Part shown: positions 46,997-57,894 of the stretch, piece after piece | Layout of the letters: every line of letters starts with the position of its first letter | Position numbering within the stretch: position 1 is the stretch's first letter | Origin: an uncultured Lachnospiraceae bacterium | GTDB taxonomy: Bacteria; Bacillota; Clostridia; UBA1381 | Direction of reading: 5' to 3' | DNA length: 64,000 bases | Assembly (NCBI GenBank): GCA_964579875.1 | Contig: CAZOHJ010000001.1 | Span: forward strand, 44,871 to 108,870 | Program-made: the position numbers and the translations under genes | The notes under the pieces: model-generated | Databases searched by the model: none | The model's input: only the letters and a program-made list of their open reading frames with translations | Told to the model about the DNA's origin: nothing

Positions 46997-47905
46997 CTAT
47001 TGTGATACACGATTTTTCTTTGTTGTATTCATAAATATTATTGAGGCTATCACAAGCGCAATCCCTATCGCATTGATGACTCCAAGCTTCTCACCGCATA
47101 CCAGAACTCCAAGGATTGCCGCGGTCACAGTCTCCGCGGAGGCAAACACCGGAACCTTGCTGCTCTCGCTTATTCGTCTTACACCGTTATAGTAAAGTAT
47201 GTACGCTATTGTTGTGGGTATCAGCGCATACAGAAAGCCCCATACAAGCATACCCGTATTCAGACTGAGCGATGAACCCATCGGCTTCAATGAAAACGCA
47301 AGGAACACCGCGGCAAACATATAGCTGTAGGTGCTCATAACAAATGTATGGGTCCTATTCCCCGCAAGCCTGCCGAATATCGCAGTAAGAGAATAACAAA
47401 AGCCCGCCAGCGCGCCGAACAATATCCCCATTGCCGACATTCCTTCAAGAGAAAGCCTTCCTCCCGTTACGGCTATGATGCATCCTGATACGTTCACAGC
47501 AAGAGCTATTCCCTTTTTTGCGGTTATCTTTTCCGAAAACAAGATAACCGATGTTACCGCCGTAAAAACCGGAGCGATATTCAGCAGCACCGCGCTTATT
47601 GCCACACCGGTTTTCACAACCGCAAGGCTGTAAAACACATTATATATTCCATGGCATACCAGACCCAGCAAAGCGCATGAAGCAAGCGTCTTTAAATCCA
47701 CCTTTAAAGCCTTCACTCCCAATGCCGCGATCGTTACGGCAAGCATTATAAAAAACGCGAAGGTCATTCTCAAAAGACTTATCAGAGCCGAATCCGCGCC
47801 GCAGCTGTTGAGCCGGACAATAAACAACCCTATAGTTCCCCATATTGCTCCGCCCGCGAATACCTCTGACGCGCCTCTGTTTTCTTTGTTAATTAATTTA
47901 TTCAC
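46997..47905 (-). CDS. EamA/DMT-superfamily transporter.
   Basis: 302 aa with 10 predicted TM helices in two EamA-like halves. GTG start. A hairpin TCGTGTA-12 nt-TACACGA plus T-run overlaps its stop. Confidence 0.85.
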   Translation of the reverse strand: MNKLINKENRGASEVFAGGAIWGTIGLFIVRLNSCGADSALISLLRMTFAFFIMLAVTIAALGVKALKVDLKTLASCALLGLVCHGIYNVFYSLAVVKTGVAISAVLLNIAPVFTAVTSVILFSEKITAKKGIALAVNVSGCIIAVTGGRLSLEGMSAMGILFGALAGFCYSLTAIFGRLAGNRTHTFVMSTYSYMFAAVFLAFSLKPMGSSLSLNTGMLVWGFLYALIPTTIAYILYYNGVRRISESSKVPVFASAETVTAAILGVLVCGEKLGVINAIGIALVIASIIFMNTTKKNRVSQ

Positions 47906-47947
47906 CCGACATTACCTTATCCGGTTCCTTTCAGATTTTATGATAAT

Positions 47948-47976
47948 ATTTTAGCACTCTTATCTCTTATTGTCAA
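47948..47976 (-). promoter_or_regulatory. Sigma-A type promoter for the EamA transporter gene.
   Basis: On the minus strand: TTGACA (47976-47971), 17 nt, then TAAAAT (47953-47948). Confidence 0.45.
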
Positions 47977-48080
47977 CAGAATGTTTTATATCAAAATATA
48001 AAAAATATCTTTCCTTTTTCCATCAGATAGTGTATAATAGAAATAAGAACCTGATCATATAAGACAAAGGAGGGTAAATC

Positions 48081-48326
48081 ATGGCTGAAATTGACGAAAA
48101 AGAGCAGAAAATTCAGGAGGCTATAAAGCTGCTGAATGAAAATAAATATCTTGTTATTCCCGTTACAAACGGTCAGATGTGTCTTTGCGGCGCGTGCCGG
48201 GAACCGGAAACAGACTGCCGCTACGGCGCGTTCGGCTATACCTGTTCAAATCTGCTGTGCATAAACAGCTATATCAAGGAGCAGATAAATTACAAGGACG
48301 TAATATCAAATATCAAGGCTGAATAA
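48081..48326 (+). CDS. Small Cys-rich hypothetical protein (81 aa).
   Basis: AAAGGAGGG RBS. Six cysteines (MCLCGAC...DC...YTC...LLC). A terminator follows. I recognise no family. Confidence 0.5.
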   Translation: MAEIDEKEQKIQEAIKLLNENKYLVIPVTNGQMCLCGACREPETDCRYGAFGYTCSNLLCINSYIKEQINYKDVISNIKAE

Positions 48327-48337
48327 TATATATATTA

Positions 48338-48368
48338 AAACGGGGCTGCATTTTCCGCGGCCCCGTTA
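48338..48368. terminator. Bidirectional hairpin terminator.
   Basis: AACGGGGC-13 nt-GCCCCGTT, between convergent small genes. Confidence 0.6.
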
Positions 48369-48374
48369 TATGTC

Positions 48375-48671
48375 TTATACAAACTGAGTAAGCGCCTGCT
48401 TCAGCCACCACTCACCGGTATCGAGCGCCTTATATAAATTATCACGCTCCGTCTTTCTGAATACCTGTCCCTTTCCGAGTTCACCGGTGTTATCCATTAC
48501 CTGCACAAGAACCTTTGTTGCAACCCTGAGATCCTTGACCTGCTTTGTTTCCTTTATGTCGAGAACCAATATAAGCTTATCTTCCAGATTTCCGTAAAAT
48601 ATCCTGTCGCCGCATCTGTATATCGGCTTTCCATTGTAAGTCAATACTTTCTTCTTTTTAACTGCTGCCAT
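48375..48671 (-). CDS. Hypothetical protein (98 aa).
   Basis: Clean ORF MAAVKKKKVLTYNGKPIYRCGDRIFYGNLEDKLILVLD... I recognise no family. Confidence 0.5.
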   Translation of the reverse strand: MAAVKKKKVLTYNGKPIYRCGDRIFYGNLEDKLILVLDIKETKQVKDLRVATKVLVQVMDNTGELGKGQVFRKTERDNLYKALDTGEWWLKQALTQFV

Positions 48672-48762
48672 ACTTTATGCTCCTTTCTCAAATTTCAATC
48701 ACACCCCATTATAACATATATTATGTTGATTTGCAAGAATTTTAAGAAATTTCTGCTTTATT

Positions 48763-49170
48763 TTATAACAGTCTGCAGCTTATTCTCTCCTCGCCAAATA
48801 AGTAATATCTGAGATGATTATCCGCAATAATACATCCTATAGAGAGGAAAAACCACAGCAGCATATACGGCAGACATACCTGTCCCATAATATTTAACGG
48901 TGCGTCATAATAGCTCCACACATTCATATGAAGCCTTATATTTACAATATAACCGGTCACAAATTCGAGAACGGTAATAACTACGGCTCCGGCCGCTCCC
49001 TGAGCTACAAGAGAAAATCTGCCGCGGCTTTTCTCGTTTATAAGACCCACCAGAACAAAGCACACGCCGCCCAGTATGAACATGCTCCAATGCGATCTGC
49101 CGCGCCACAGCAGCTCAATAATCAAATAAAAAATCCCGCCTAAGCCGAATAATATTGCATTCTTAAACAT
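48763..49170 (-). CDS. Small polytopic membrane protein (DUF1113 / putative ABC-transporter type IV family).
   Basis: 135 aa with 4 TM helices. The N-terminal LFGLGGIFYLIIELLWRGRSHWSMFILGG resembles the PF06541 pattern. Confidence 0.55.
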   Translation of the reverse strand: MFKNAILFGLGGIFYLIIELLWRGRSHWSMFILGGVCFVLVGLINEKSRGRFSLVAQGAAGAVVITVLEFVTGYIVNIRLHMNVWSYYDAPLNIMGQVCLPYMLLWFFLSIGCIIADNHLRYYLFGEERISCRLL

Positions 49171-49221
49171 AGAAATCCCCCTCTGTAATATTATACATGC
49201 TAAAGGGGGATTTTATTCTCT

Positions 49222-51147
49222 TTATATATCCAGATTGTTTACATACTTTGCGTTAGCCTCGATGAAGTCACGTCTCGGCTCCACCTTTTCTCCCATAAGA
49301 ATTGTAAAGGTTCTGTCCGCCTCGATCGCGTCCGCAAGATCGACCCTCAGGAGCGTGCGCTTTGCCGGATCCATTGTCGTTTCCTTAAGCTCAGCCGGAT
49401 CCATCTCTCCAAGGCCCTTATAGCGCTGCACCTTTGCGCCCTTGCCAAGCTCTGCGATTGCCGCGTCCCTCGCGTCCTCGTCAAACACGAACCGCTCGAC
49501 AATGTCCTTGTTTTTGCCCTTATATACCTTAAAGAGCGGCGGCTGCGCGAGATATACATGACCCTCCTCAATAAGCGGTCTCATATAGCGGAAAAAGAAT
49601 GTAAGCAGGAGCGTTCTGATATGCGCGCCGTCAACATCGGCATCCGCCATAATGATGATTTTACCATATTTGAGGTTCTTTACGTTAAATTCCTCGCCTA
49701 TTCCGGCGCCCAGCGCCTGAATTACCGGTAGAAGCTTTTCGTTAGAATATACCTTGTCTATCCTTGACTTCTCAACATTGAGCATCTTTCCCCAGAGAGG
49801 AAGAACAGCCTGATAACGTCTGTAACGACCCTGCTTTGCCGAACCGCCCGCCGAATCGCCCTCGACTATGAACAGTTCCGCATAATCAGCTCCCTCATCG
49901 GTGCAGCGCGCAAGCTTGCCGAGAAGAGATGAGTTGTTTGCGTTTGCGTTCTTTCTTGACGCCTCACGCGCCTTTCTCGCGGCCTCTCTTGCTCTTGACG
50001 CGCTTATTGTCTTTTCTATTATGGCTCTTGCGATTTTGGGATTTTCCTCTAAGAAGATGCCGAGCTTGCTCGTTAAAGCATTTTCAACGAGCGTCCTCGC
50101 GGCGCTGTTCCCGAGCTTTGTCTTTGTCTGTCCCTCAAACTGCGCCTCGGCAACCTTTACACTGATAATCGCCGTAAGACCCTCACGGGTATCCTCGCCC
50201 GAAAGATTTTCATCCTTCTCCTTCAGCAGATTATACTTTCTTGCATAATCGTTAAGAACACGGGTCAATCCCGACTTAAAGCCCGTTTCATGCATACCGC
50301 CGTCAACGGTATGAATGTTATTTGCAAAGCTCATGATCGCCTCATTGTAGGAGGTAGTATACTGCATCGCAACCTCTACCTCCATATCGTCGCCCTTCTT
50401 TGCCTCGAAGTATACAATATCGTCATGGATCGGATCCTTATTTGTATTAAGGTATGTTACAAACTCCTTGATACCGCCCTCTGCATAAAGCTCCTCGGAT
50501 TTAATCTTTTCCTCACGGTGATCGGTGAAGATTATGCGTACGCCCTTATTAAGGAATGCCTGTTCACGAAGACGCTTTAAAAGCACATCATAGTCAAAAT
50601 CAAGTGTTTCAAATATCTCGGCATCCGGCATGAAGGTGATCCTCGTGCCTGTCGCGGCAGTATCACCTATCACCTTTAATTCACAGGTCGGCTTACCGCG
50701 TTCATAGCTCTGATAATACACATGTTCGCCGTTTGAAACCTCGACCTCAAGTCTTTCAGAAAGAGCGTTTACTACGGACGAGCCAACACCGTGCAGACCT
50801 CCCGATACCTTGTATCCGCCGCCGCCGAACTTACCGCCGGCATGGAGAATTGTAAGAACGACCTGCACAGTAGGAATGCCCTCCGTAGGATGTATGCCTA
50901 CAGGTATTCCCCGTCCGTTATCCTCTACGGTCACTGTTCCGTCCGCATTTATATCTACCTTGATGCAGTCGCAGTAGCCCGCAAGAGCCTCATCAATCGA
51001 GTTGTCAACTATTTCATATACCAGATGATGCAGACCGGCAATTGATACCGATCCGATATACATACCCGGTCTCTTCCTTACCGCCTCAAGCCCTTCAAGA
51101 ACCTGTATGTCATTTTCATCATATTTCGCCGTTGTGTTTTCATCCAT
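49222..51147 (-). CDS. gyrB: DNA gyrase subunit B.
   Basis: [72 protein letters not shown]. 641 aa. Confidence 0.97.
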   Translation of the reverse strand: MDENTTAKYDENDIQVLEGLEAVRKRPGMYIGSVSIAGLHHLVYEIVDNSIDEALAGYCDCIKVDINADGTVTVEDNGRGIPVGIHPTEGIPTVQVVLTILHAGGKFGGGGYKVSGGLHGVGSSVVNALSERLEVEVSNGEHVYYQSYERGKPTCELKVIGDTAATGTRITFMPDAEIFETLDFDYDVLLKRLREQAFLNKGVRIIFTDHREEKIKSEELYAEGGIKEFVTYLNTNKDPIHDDIVYFEAKKGDDMEVEVAMQYTTSYNEAIMSFANNIHTVDGGMHETGFKSGLTRVLNDYARKYNLLKEKDENLSGEDTREGLTAIISVKVAEAQFEGQTKTKLGNSAARTLVENALTSKLGIFLEENPKIARAIIEKTISASRAREAARKAREASRKNANANNSSLLGKLARCTDEGADYAELFIVEGDSAGGSAKQGRYRRYQAVLPLWGKMLNVEKSRIDKVYSNEKLLPVIQALGAGIGEEFNVKNLKYGKIIIMADADVDGAHIRTLLLTFFFRYMRPLIEEGHVYLAQPPLFKVYKGKNKDIVERFVFDEDARDAAIAELGKGAKVQRYKGLGEMDPAELKETTMDPAKRTLLRVDLADAIEADRTFTILMGEKVEPRRDFIEANAKYVNNLDI

Positions 51148-51188
51148 GTCTTGAACATTCCTTTCTAATGTTAAATCAGTATTTTCCG

Positions 51189-51452
51189 TTAAATCAGCAT
51201 CTCCGGCGACTTTGCGCGGTTTATAAGTACCTTTGACGAGAGTGACGAGAGATAAACGGTCGTCTTTCCGTCATGCTCCGTAACCACATAGGATTTCGGC
51301 AGCTCATCCGCTGTGTACACGATGCGGCCGTTACGCTCTGCGCCGGGAAGAAAATCCCTTCCCTGGCGGGAAACGGTCGTGTTGTCCATATCAAATATTC
51401 CTATTATATCAGTCTTTTTCACAACGCAGCTGTTGCTTATTCTGAGATACAT
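51189..51452 (-). CDS. remB: DUF370 protein (RemB/YaaB-like).
   Basis: 87 aa. It sits between recF and gyrB, as in Bacillus. The ATG abuts the recF stop. Confidence 0.75.
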   Translation of the reverse strand: MYLRISNSCVVKKTDIIGIFDMDNTTVSRQGRDFLPGAERNGRIVYTADELPKSYVVTEHDGKTTVYLSSLSSKVLINRAKSPEMLI

Positions 51453-52535
51453 CTATATCACCGCCCCGTTGTCTATATGGAACAGCCTTGTGTCTGTCGC
51501 CTTGTCTGTAAGGTCGGTATCCGTTGAGGTTATAAGCACCTGCTTATCCTTTATGCGCTCCGAAAGATACATACGCCTGTTTATATCAAGCTCGCTCATA
51601 ATATCATCCAGCAGCAGCACCGGATACTCGCCCTTAATCTCCTTTATATACTCCGACTGCGCTATCTTCATGCTCAGCGCCGCCGTTCTCTGCTGACCCT
51701 GTGAACCGAAAAGCTTAGCCTCTCGATCATTCACAAATATATCAAGATCGTCTCTCTGGATCCCGTACTGGGAGGAGCCCATTTCAGTCTCGCGCCCGCT
51801 GCGTTCCTCAAGATAATCATATATTGTATTTTTCCCGATATTCTCAAGCTTAAAGCTCGGATGATACACTATTTTCAGCTTTTCGCCGGATATTTCGGAC
51901 TGTATGATCCGCGCCGCCTCGTTTATACGCTCCACAAACTCAACCCTCGCGCTCATTATCCTTGCGCCCGCCTCGGCAAGCTGCTCGTTCCAGACAGATA
52001 AAGTCGGGTCCGCAGCTCTGCCGCTGAATTTAAGCATTTTCAGAAGACTGTTTTTCTGATTCAGCGCCTTGATATACTCCATAAGCGACGCCATATATGA
52101 CGGATAAAGCTGGCTCACGGAGCTGTCAATAAAGCGTCTGCGCACATTCGGGCTGCCTTTTACAAGGCTGAGATCCTCCGGCGAAAACATTACCACATTC
52201 AGGTAATTCATGAGCCGGCTGAGCTTTGTTATATGAACATGATTAACCGAAACGGATTTTCTGCCGTTTTTCATTATCCGGAGCTGTCCGTTATAGCTGC
52301 GCTGCGCATCCTCAAAATCAATTGAGAGCCTTGCGCATTCGTCGCCGAACCGCACCAGCTCCTTATCTGTCTTTGCCCTGTGGCTGCGGCCCTGCGCAAA
52401 CAGATAAACAGCCTCGAGAATATTTGTTTTGCCCTGAGCATTATTGCCGTAAATCACATTCGTAAGCGGTGAAAACTCCAGCTCCTCGTTTTCGTAATTG
52501 CGAAAGCCTTTAAGCGTAAGCCTTTTAATATACAT
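51453..52535 (-). CDS. recF: DNA replication/repair protein RecF.
   Basis: [15 protein letters not shown], Walker A GNNAQGKTNILEA, signature GSQGQQRTAALS, Walker B LLLDDIMSELD. Confidence 0.93.
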   Translation of the reverse strand: MYIKRLTLKGFRNYENEELEFSPLTNVIYGNNAQGKTNILEAVYLFAQGRSHRAKTDKELVRFGDECARLSIDFEDAQRSYNGQLRIMKNGRKSVSVNHVHITKLSRLMNYLNVVMFSPEDLSLVKGSPNVRRRFIDSSVSQLYPSYMASLMEYIKALNQKNSLLKMLKFSGRAADPTLSVWNEQLAEAGARIMSARVEFVERINEAARIIQSEISGEKLKIVYHPSFKLENIGKNTIYDYLEERSGRETEMGSSQYGIQRDDLDIFVNDREAKLFGSQGQQRTAALSMKIAQSEYIKEIKGEYPVLLLDDIMSELDINRRMYLSERIKDKQVLITSTDTDLTDKATDTRLFHIDNGAVI

Positions 52536-52759
52536 TATACCACCGTAATCTCAAATGCCTCATCCTCAAAGCTCAGAGTAACCACATCACCCGGCCGTAT
52601 TTTTTTGCCGCGCATAAGACATTCTTCACCGTTTACCGAGGCGCATCCGTTTATTACCATGGCCTTCGCCTCGGAGCCCGAATATGCAATACCGGCATAT
52701 TTTATGAGCTGATCAAGCTTTATAAACTCAGTCGCTATTTTTATTTCCTGTTTTTTCAT
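52535..52759 (-). CDS. yaaA: S4-domain RNA-binding protein YaaA.
   Basis: Start chosen at [20 protein letters not shown] (ATG 52759). About 74 aa. The S4-like motif is [19 protein letters not shown]. It overlaps the recF ATG by 1 nt. Confidence 0.8.
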   Translation of the reverse strand: MKKQEIKIATEFIKLDQLIKYAGIAYSGSEAKAMVINGCASVNGEECLMRGKKIRPGDVVTLSFEDEAFEITVV

Positions 52760-52778
52760 CTCTATTGACGTAACTCCT

Positions 52779-55055
52779 TTATTGCTTTGAGCGTGTAACA
52801 GTATCCACACCCGGAAGCTGCTTGAATTTCTTTGTCAGAAGCGCCAGGTCTGAAGTGTTTTTTATTTCCACGCCTACCTGAATTACCGCCTCGCCGTTCT
52901 TGGTCACATAAGCATTTGCGGACTTGAACGGAATTTTAAGGTTTATCAGAACATTTGTAACATCGAGCAGCATACCTTCTCTGTCCCTGCCGCTTATACG
53001 GACATTCGCTATATATGATGACGATGTGCGCTCGTTGTCCCATTCAACCTCTATAAGTCTGGCCTTATCTTCATCGGAAAGGTTTACAGGCTTTATATTT
53101 ACGCAGTCCGCGCGGTGAACGCTCACACCCCTGCCCTTGGTTATGAAGCCTATAATATCGTCACCCGCAACAGGGTTGCAGCAGCGCGCAAGGCGGACAA
53201 GACAGTTGTCTATTCCCTTTACGATTATTCCGTTTGATGAGCCGTATTTTTTCTTTTTCTCCTCCGGCGCCTTGCCGTTATTCGCCGCAGTCTTGTCAAT
53301 AACCGACTGAAGCTCGGCAACCTTTTCCTTGTCGCGGTTCTCCTTCAGCCATTCCTCACGCAGCCTCATAACAATCTTTGCCGCGGTCGTCCCTCCATAG
53401 CCGACTGCCGCATACAAATCATCAAGTGAATTAAAGCCGTAGCGTCTTAATATAATGGTTATCCATTCCGGTCTGAACAGCTGCGCATGCGTATTCCCGA
53501 GTCTGCGCAGCTCACGCTCGATCTGCTCCTTGCCCTCGATGATGTTGTCGTCTCGGCGTTCCTTCTTGAACCACTGATTGATCTTGTTTCTCGCCCGTGA
53601 GGTCTTGCATATCTGGAGCCAGTCGCGGCTCGGACCATGCTGGTTATTTGTAAGGATCTCAACGATCTCGCCGTTTTCCAAAACATAGTTGTTCGGCACG
53701 ATCTTGCCGTTTACCTTTGCGCCGCTCATCTTATACCCTACCTCAGAGTGAATAGCGAACGCAAAGTCTATTACCGTGCTGTTCGCCGGAAGCGCGATTA
53801 CGCGTCCTTTAGGCGTGAAGACAAACACCTCATCGGCAAACAGATCAAATTTCAGCGTGTTAAAAAATTCATCATGGTCGATGATATTTTGCTGTGTGTC
53901 GAGCAGGGTACGCACCCAGTCCAGCTTGGAATCCATGTCGGTTACTCCGCTCTTGCCCTCTTTGTATTTCCAGTGGGCAGCGATACCGTTTTCCGCAACA
54001 CGGTGCATATCCCAAGTCCTTATCTGAATTTCGAACGGGGTTCCGTTCGGGCCGATCACCGTAGTATGCAGCGACTGATACATATTCGGCTTCGGCATTG
54101 CAATATAATCCTTAAAACGCATCGGCACCGGCGTGTACATCTCATGCACCATGCCTAACACCGCATAGCAATCCGGTATTGAATCCACAATCACGCGCAC
54201 CGCGAACAGATCGTACAAGCTGTCTATTGTCTTGTTCTGCGTATACATCTTACGCCATATGCTGTAGAAATGCTTTGCCCTGCCGGTCACTGTCCCCTTT
54301 ATGCCCATTTCGTCAAGCTTTTTACGGAAAATGTCTATAATATCCGCAATGTACTTGTCACGTGCGCTCTTTTTCTGATTTATACTTTCCCTGATCTCCT
54401 CATACGCTACAGGGTCAAGGTACTTAAGCGCAAGATCTTCAAGCTCGATTTTGATCTTTGAAATGCCCAGCCGGTGCGCAAGCGGCGCGTAAACATCAAG
54501 GGTCTCCTTCGATATTCTGAGCTGCTTTTGACGGGGCATAAAACTCATTGTCCGCATATTATGAAGACGGTCTATGAGCTTTATGATAACAACGCGGATA
54601 TCCTTAGCCATAGCAAGAAACATTTTACGGAGATTTTCGATCTGCTGATCCTCGCGGGTAGTTACCTTGATCTGCTTAAGCTTTGTAACACCGTCAACCA
54701 GCTCCGCGACAGGCGTGCCGAACATAGTCGCGACATCATCATAGGTGCATCCGGTATCCTCTACAACATCATGGAGCAGACACGCGGTGATCGCCGTGCA
54801 GTCAAGCGAAAGCTGGGCTGCAATGTATGCTACCTCAACAGGATGTATTATATATGGGTCTCCGCTTTTACGCTTCTGTCCATCATGCATGGACTTGGCA
54901 AAGCGATAGGCAACATAAACCATATCGGTATTGCCGTTGGGATTATATCCCTTTATCATGCCGATGATCTCATCAACGAGCATATCGGTGTCCTTTATAT
55001 TCCGCTGAGGGATTTTTTCCGGTTCAAGTATAGCGTTATGTTCAAGCTCTGTCAT
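52779..55055 (-). CDS. relA: Bifunctional (p)ppGpp synthetase/hydrolase (RelA/SpoT homologue).
   Basis: HD domain (HPVEVA...LLHDVVEDT), synthetase block (YRSLHTTV-like [12 protein letters not shown]), and TGS and ACT domains. 758 aa. Confidence 0.95.
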   Translation of the reverse strand: MTELEHNAILEPEKIPQRNIKDTDMLVDEIIGMIKGYNPNGNTDMVYVAYRFAKSMHDGQKRKSGDPYIIHPVEVAYIAAQLSLDCTAITACLLHDVVEDTGCTYDDVATMFGTPVAELVDGVTKLKQIKVTTREDQQIENLRKMFLAMAKDIRVVIIKLIDRLHNMRTMSFMPRQKQLRISKETLDVYAPLAHRLGISKIKIELEDLALKYLDPVAYEEIRESINQKKSARDKYIADIIDIFRKKLDEMGIKGTVTGRAKHFYSIWRKMYTQNKTIDSLYDLFAVRVIVDSIPDCYAVLGMVHEMYTPVPMRFKDYIAMPKPNMYQSLHTTVIGPNGTPFEIQIRTWDMHRVAENGIAAHWKYKEGKSGVTDMDSKLDWVRTLLDTQQNIIDHDEFFNTLKFDLFADEVFVFTPKGRVIALPANSTVIDFAFAIHSEVGYKMSGAKVNGKIVPNNYVLENGEIVEILTNNQHGPSRDWLQICKTSRARNKINQWFKKERRDDNIIEGKEQIERELRRLGNTHAQLFRPEWITIILRRYGFNSLDDLYAAVGYGGTTAAKIVMRLREEWLKENRDKEKVAELQSVIDKTAANNGKAPEEKKKKYGSSNGIIVKGIDNCLVRLARCCNPVAGDDIIGFITKGRGVSVHRADCVNIKPVNLSDEDKARLIEVEWDNERTSSSYIANVRISGRDREGMLLDVTNVLINLKIPFKSANAYVTKNGEAVIQVGVEIKNTSDLALLTKKFKQLPGVDTVTRSKQ

Positions 55056-55094
55056 AATAATCCTCCGTTTCTGCGGATAACCCGTTACTTCAAG

Positions 55095-56804
55095 TTAGTT
55101 TTTTATATCGCTCAGTACAAGCTGCACTGTATCTTTTCCCTGAAAACTGTTTATATCAAGCTTAAACGCAAGGTGAACGGTATCACCAACGCTCAGCATT
55201 CTTGCATATTCCCCAAAGCCGAAGCCTATGCAGTTTACTCTCACTCCATCCTTCTCTATCTGCATCCTGAGATGCTTATTTTCGGCTCCTACGGTTGAAA
55301 ATGCCGTCACAACAGCATTCTTTACCGCAAATACCGGCCGTTCATTTCCCATGCCGTACGGTTCAAGCTTTGAAAGGATATTCGCGGTTGCCACGCTCAG
55401 ATTGCCGCCGCCAAGCATACAATCTATCTTAATCACGGGAACCATATCGCTGTCCTTCATGACTTCATCGGCATATTTATTTATCCTTGCGCTGAACTTT
55501 TCAAGATTTGCCTCATTTATTCCGAGTCCCGCCGCAACCGCGTGACCTCCGAAGGTTGTAAGCAGCTCATCACTGTCACTGAGCGCATCGAACAGGTTAA
55601 AGCCCGCTATGCTTCTGCCGCTTCCCTTTCCGGCGCCGTTAGTCAGCGAAATAAGTATCGTCGGCTTATAAAACTGCTCCATTATCCGTGACGCCACAAT
55701 TCCTATTACGCCGTTATGCCAGCCCTCCTTTGCGAGCACTATGACCTTTTTCTTTGCAAAATTCGGATCTGCCGCTATCATATCAAGAGCCTCGCGATTT
55801 ATCTCATGCTCCGTTTCTTGTCTTTCCTTGTTTTCCCTGTCAAGCTCGATCGCGATCTCTCTGGCCTTCGCGTCGTCTCTTGTGAGCAGAAGCTCCACCG
55901 CTGTTACCGCGGTTCCGAGACGTCCTGCCGCATTCATTCTCGGAGCAATGGCAAATGCCACAGTTGACGCCGTGACCTTCTTGCCGCTCATTCCGGCAAC
56001 CGCCAGCAGCTCTCTCACTCCCGGTCTGCGCGGAGCCTGCAAAAGCTTCAGCCCCTTGTCCACGATAATTCTGTTTTCATCTATTAGCGGCACAACATCG
56101 GCAATCGTGCCTATCGCCGCCAAGTCAACATATTTGTCAAACACCTGCCCGGTCTTTATTCCGAGCTTCATTGCCAGAGCAAGAGCAAGCTTGAACGCAA
56201 CGCCTACTCCCGCCAACCCGTCAAAGCCGTATTCATCCTCCGGTCTTTTAGGATTTACAACGGCAGCCGCCGCTGTGGGTATTCTCTCCTTACAGGTGTG
56301 ATGGTCGGTTATTATAACGTCCATTCCCTGAAGCTTAGCAAACTCTACCTCACCGATAGCGGTAATTCCGCAGTCCACTGTTATAAGGAGCTTCATTCCT
56401 TGCTTTATAAGCTTATTTACCGCCATGATGTTAATGCCGTAACCCTCATCCTTACGGTCGGGGATATAGTAAATAACATCCGCTCCGAGGGATCTCATAA
56501 ATTCGTAAAGTAGCGCTGTGGAGGTTATTCCGTCCACATCATAATCGCCGTATATGGCAATCTTTTCCTTTTTTTCAAGTGCCGAAACAATCCTTTCGAC
56601 CGCCTTATCCATGTCGAGCATGGTCATCGGATTCTTAACGCCCCGCTTGGACTTGGACATAAATTCATCAAACGCGCTTACCTCTATTCCGCGGTTAAGC
56701 AGGACATTTGCAATAATCCGGGGTACATTGTTTTCCTCTGCCGCCCGCCTCACCGCATCGGGCCTCACTTTTTCATTTCTGAATTTCCATACTTTTCGCG
56801 TCAT
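55095..56804 (-). CDS. recJ: Single-stranded-DNA-specific exonuclease RecJ.
   Basis: DHH motifs (IYGDYDVDGITS, ITVDCG, ITDHHT) and a DHHA1 GGHAVAAG motif. 569 aa. Confidence 0.93.
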   Translation of the reverse strand: MTRKVWKFRNEKVRPDAVRRAAEENNVPRIIANVLLNRGIEVSAFDEFMSKSKRGVKNPMTMLDMDKAVERIVSALEKKEKIAIYGDYDVDGITSTALLYEFMRSLGADVIYYIPDRKDEGYGINIMAVNKLIKQGMKLLITVDCGITAIGEVEFAKLQGMDVIITDHHTCKERIPTAAAAVVNPKRPEDEYGFDGLAGVGVAFKLALALAMKLGIKTGQVFDKYVDLAAIGTIADVVPLIDENRIIVDKGLKLLQAPRRPGVRELLAVAGMSGKKVTASTVAFAIAPRMNAAGRLGTAVTAVELLLTRDDAKAREIAIELDRENKERQETEHEINREALDMIAADPNFAKKKVIVLAKEGWHNGVIGIVASRIMEQFYKPTILISLTNGAGKGSGRSIAGFNLFDALSDSDELLTTFGGHAVAAGLGINEANLEKFSARINKYADEVMKDSDMVPVIKIDCMLGGGNLSVATANILSKLEPYGMGNERPVFAVKNAVVTAFSTVGAENKHLRMQIEKDGVRVNCIGFGFGEYARMLSVGDTVHLAFKLDINSFQGKDTVQLVLSDIKN

Positions 56805-56910
56805 TTCAAGCCCAAGATCCTTTCAAAAAAACAATTAAAAAATTTATATAAGTATTATTTATTATATCATTTTTAATGACAAAATGCAAGCATTTACAGA
56901 AAATTTGTAC

Positions 56911-56942
56911 AAAAAAACTATCGTTCTCACGATAGTCTTTTT
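56911..56942 (-). terminator. Rho-independent terminator after the tRNA pair.
   Basis: On the minus strand: GACTATCGT-GAGA-ACGATAGT followed by T7. Confidence 0.6.
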
Positions 56943-56948
56943 CCCATA

Positions 56949-57025
56949 TGGTCGGGATGACTGGATTTGAACCAGCGGCCCCCACGTCCCGAACGTGGTG
57001 CTCTACCAAACTGAGCCACATCCCG
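56949..57025 (-). tRNA. tRNA-Pro (anticodon CGG), CCA encoded.
   Basis: Hand-folded CGGGATG/TG/GCTC-AGTTTGGTA-GAGC/A/CCACG-TTCGGGA-CGTGG/.../GCTGG-TTCAAAT-CCAGT/CATCCCG-A-CCA. 77 nt, with G37 after the anticodon. Confidence 0.9.
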
Positions 57026-57031
57026 ATATTA

Positions 57032-57120
57032 TGGCGGAGGAGGTGGGATTCGAACCCACGAGCCCTTTCGGACTACCGCATTTCGAGTGCGGCCCGTTAT
57101 GACCACTTCGATACTCCTCC
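57032..57120 (-). tRNA. tRNA-Ser (anticodon CGA), long variable arm, CCA encoded.
   Basis: GGAGGAG acceptor, anticodon stem-loop CCGCA-CTCGAAA-TGCGG, variable arm of about 16 nt, T-loop GTTCGAATC, 3' CTCCTCC-G-CCA. 89 nt. Confidence 0.9.
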
Positions 57121-57167
57121 ACACGTTCAGTCCGAATTTTTCAATCCGCTCTTAACGAACAATAGCT

Positions 57168-57196
57168 ATTATAGCAGAACAATGTTGATTTGTCAA
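57168..57196 (-). promoter_or_regulatory. Consensus sigma-A promoter driving the tRNA-Ser/tRNA-Pro pair.
   Basis: On the minus strand: TTGACA (57196-57191), 17 nt, then TATAAT (57173-57168). It lies about 40 nt upstream of tRNA-Ser. Confidence 0.6.
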
Positions 57197-57246
57197 GTGT
57201 TTTTTTAATTTTTTCATATTTTTCTTTATTCTGACAGCATAGGCTA

Positions 57247-57894
57247 CTACTGCATAAGCACAGAAAGCAAGTCACCGATATCACCGGCAATGAAATCCGC
57301 GCCCGCCGCCTCCAGCTCGCCCGGCTCGGCATAACCGAAGCGTACACCGCAGGAAGCAATGCCGCACTTTTCAGCGCCGATTATATCGTGCTTTCTGTCG
57401 CCCACCATTATGATCCTGTCGCGCGGACAGCCGAGCCTTCCAATCGCATATTCAATAACCTCGCTCTTATCATTCCTTGTGCCGTCAAGCTCGGCGCCGC
57501 ATATCAGCTTGAAATACGGGCGCAGCCTGTACTTTGCCATGATCCTGTCCGCGTATATTTTCGGCTTTGAGGTCGCAAGTACAAGAATATGTCCGCTGTC
57601 AACCAGCTCCCGGAGCATATCGTATATTCCGTCATAAACCTTATTTTCAAACAGCCCGACAGCGGAAAACCGCTCCCTGTATTTCTCCACCGCCCTGAGT
57701 GAGTCTTCTTTATCAAATCCGTAAAAATCATGGAAGGAATCAATAAGCGGCGGTCCTATAAAGCGCAGCAGCATTGAATAATCGGTTTCATGGATACCGA
57801 AGCTTTCCAATGCGTATTTTACACAATTTGTTATACCCTCCTGCGGATCGGTCAATGTACCGTCAAGGTCAAAAAAGATATATTTATATTTCAT
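57247..57894 (-). CDS. HAD-superfamily hydrolase (phosphoglycolate phosphatase-like).
   Basis: Motif I is IFFDLDGTLTDP, motif II is LATSK, and motif IV is MVGDRKHD. Confidence 0.8.
   Translation of the reverse strand: MKYKYIFFDLDGTLTDPQEGITNCVKYALESFGIHETDYSMLLRFIGPPLIDSFHDFYGFDKEDSLRAVEKYRERFSAVGLFENKVYDGIYDMLRELVDSGHILVLATSKPKIYADRIMAKYRLRPYFKLICGAELDGTRNDKSEVIEYAIGRLGCPRDRIIMVGDRKHDIIGAEKCGIASCGVRFGYAEPGELEAAGADFIAGDIGDLLSVLMQ

Noticed and set aside
48081-48326. The Cys-rich 81-aa protein as a RiPP or bacteriocin precursor.
   Set aside because: No modification enzyme, peptidase-ABC exporter or immunity gene lies nearby. The cysteines are central rather than in a C-terminal core peptide. 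A small zinc-binding protein is more likely.
54474-55298. 274-aa plus-strand ORF.
   Set aside because: It is antisense to relA and the end of recJ and spans their intergenic gap, so it is a shadow ORF.
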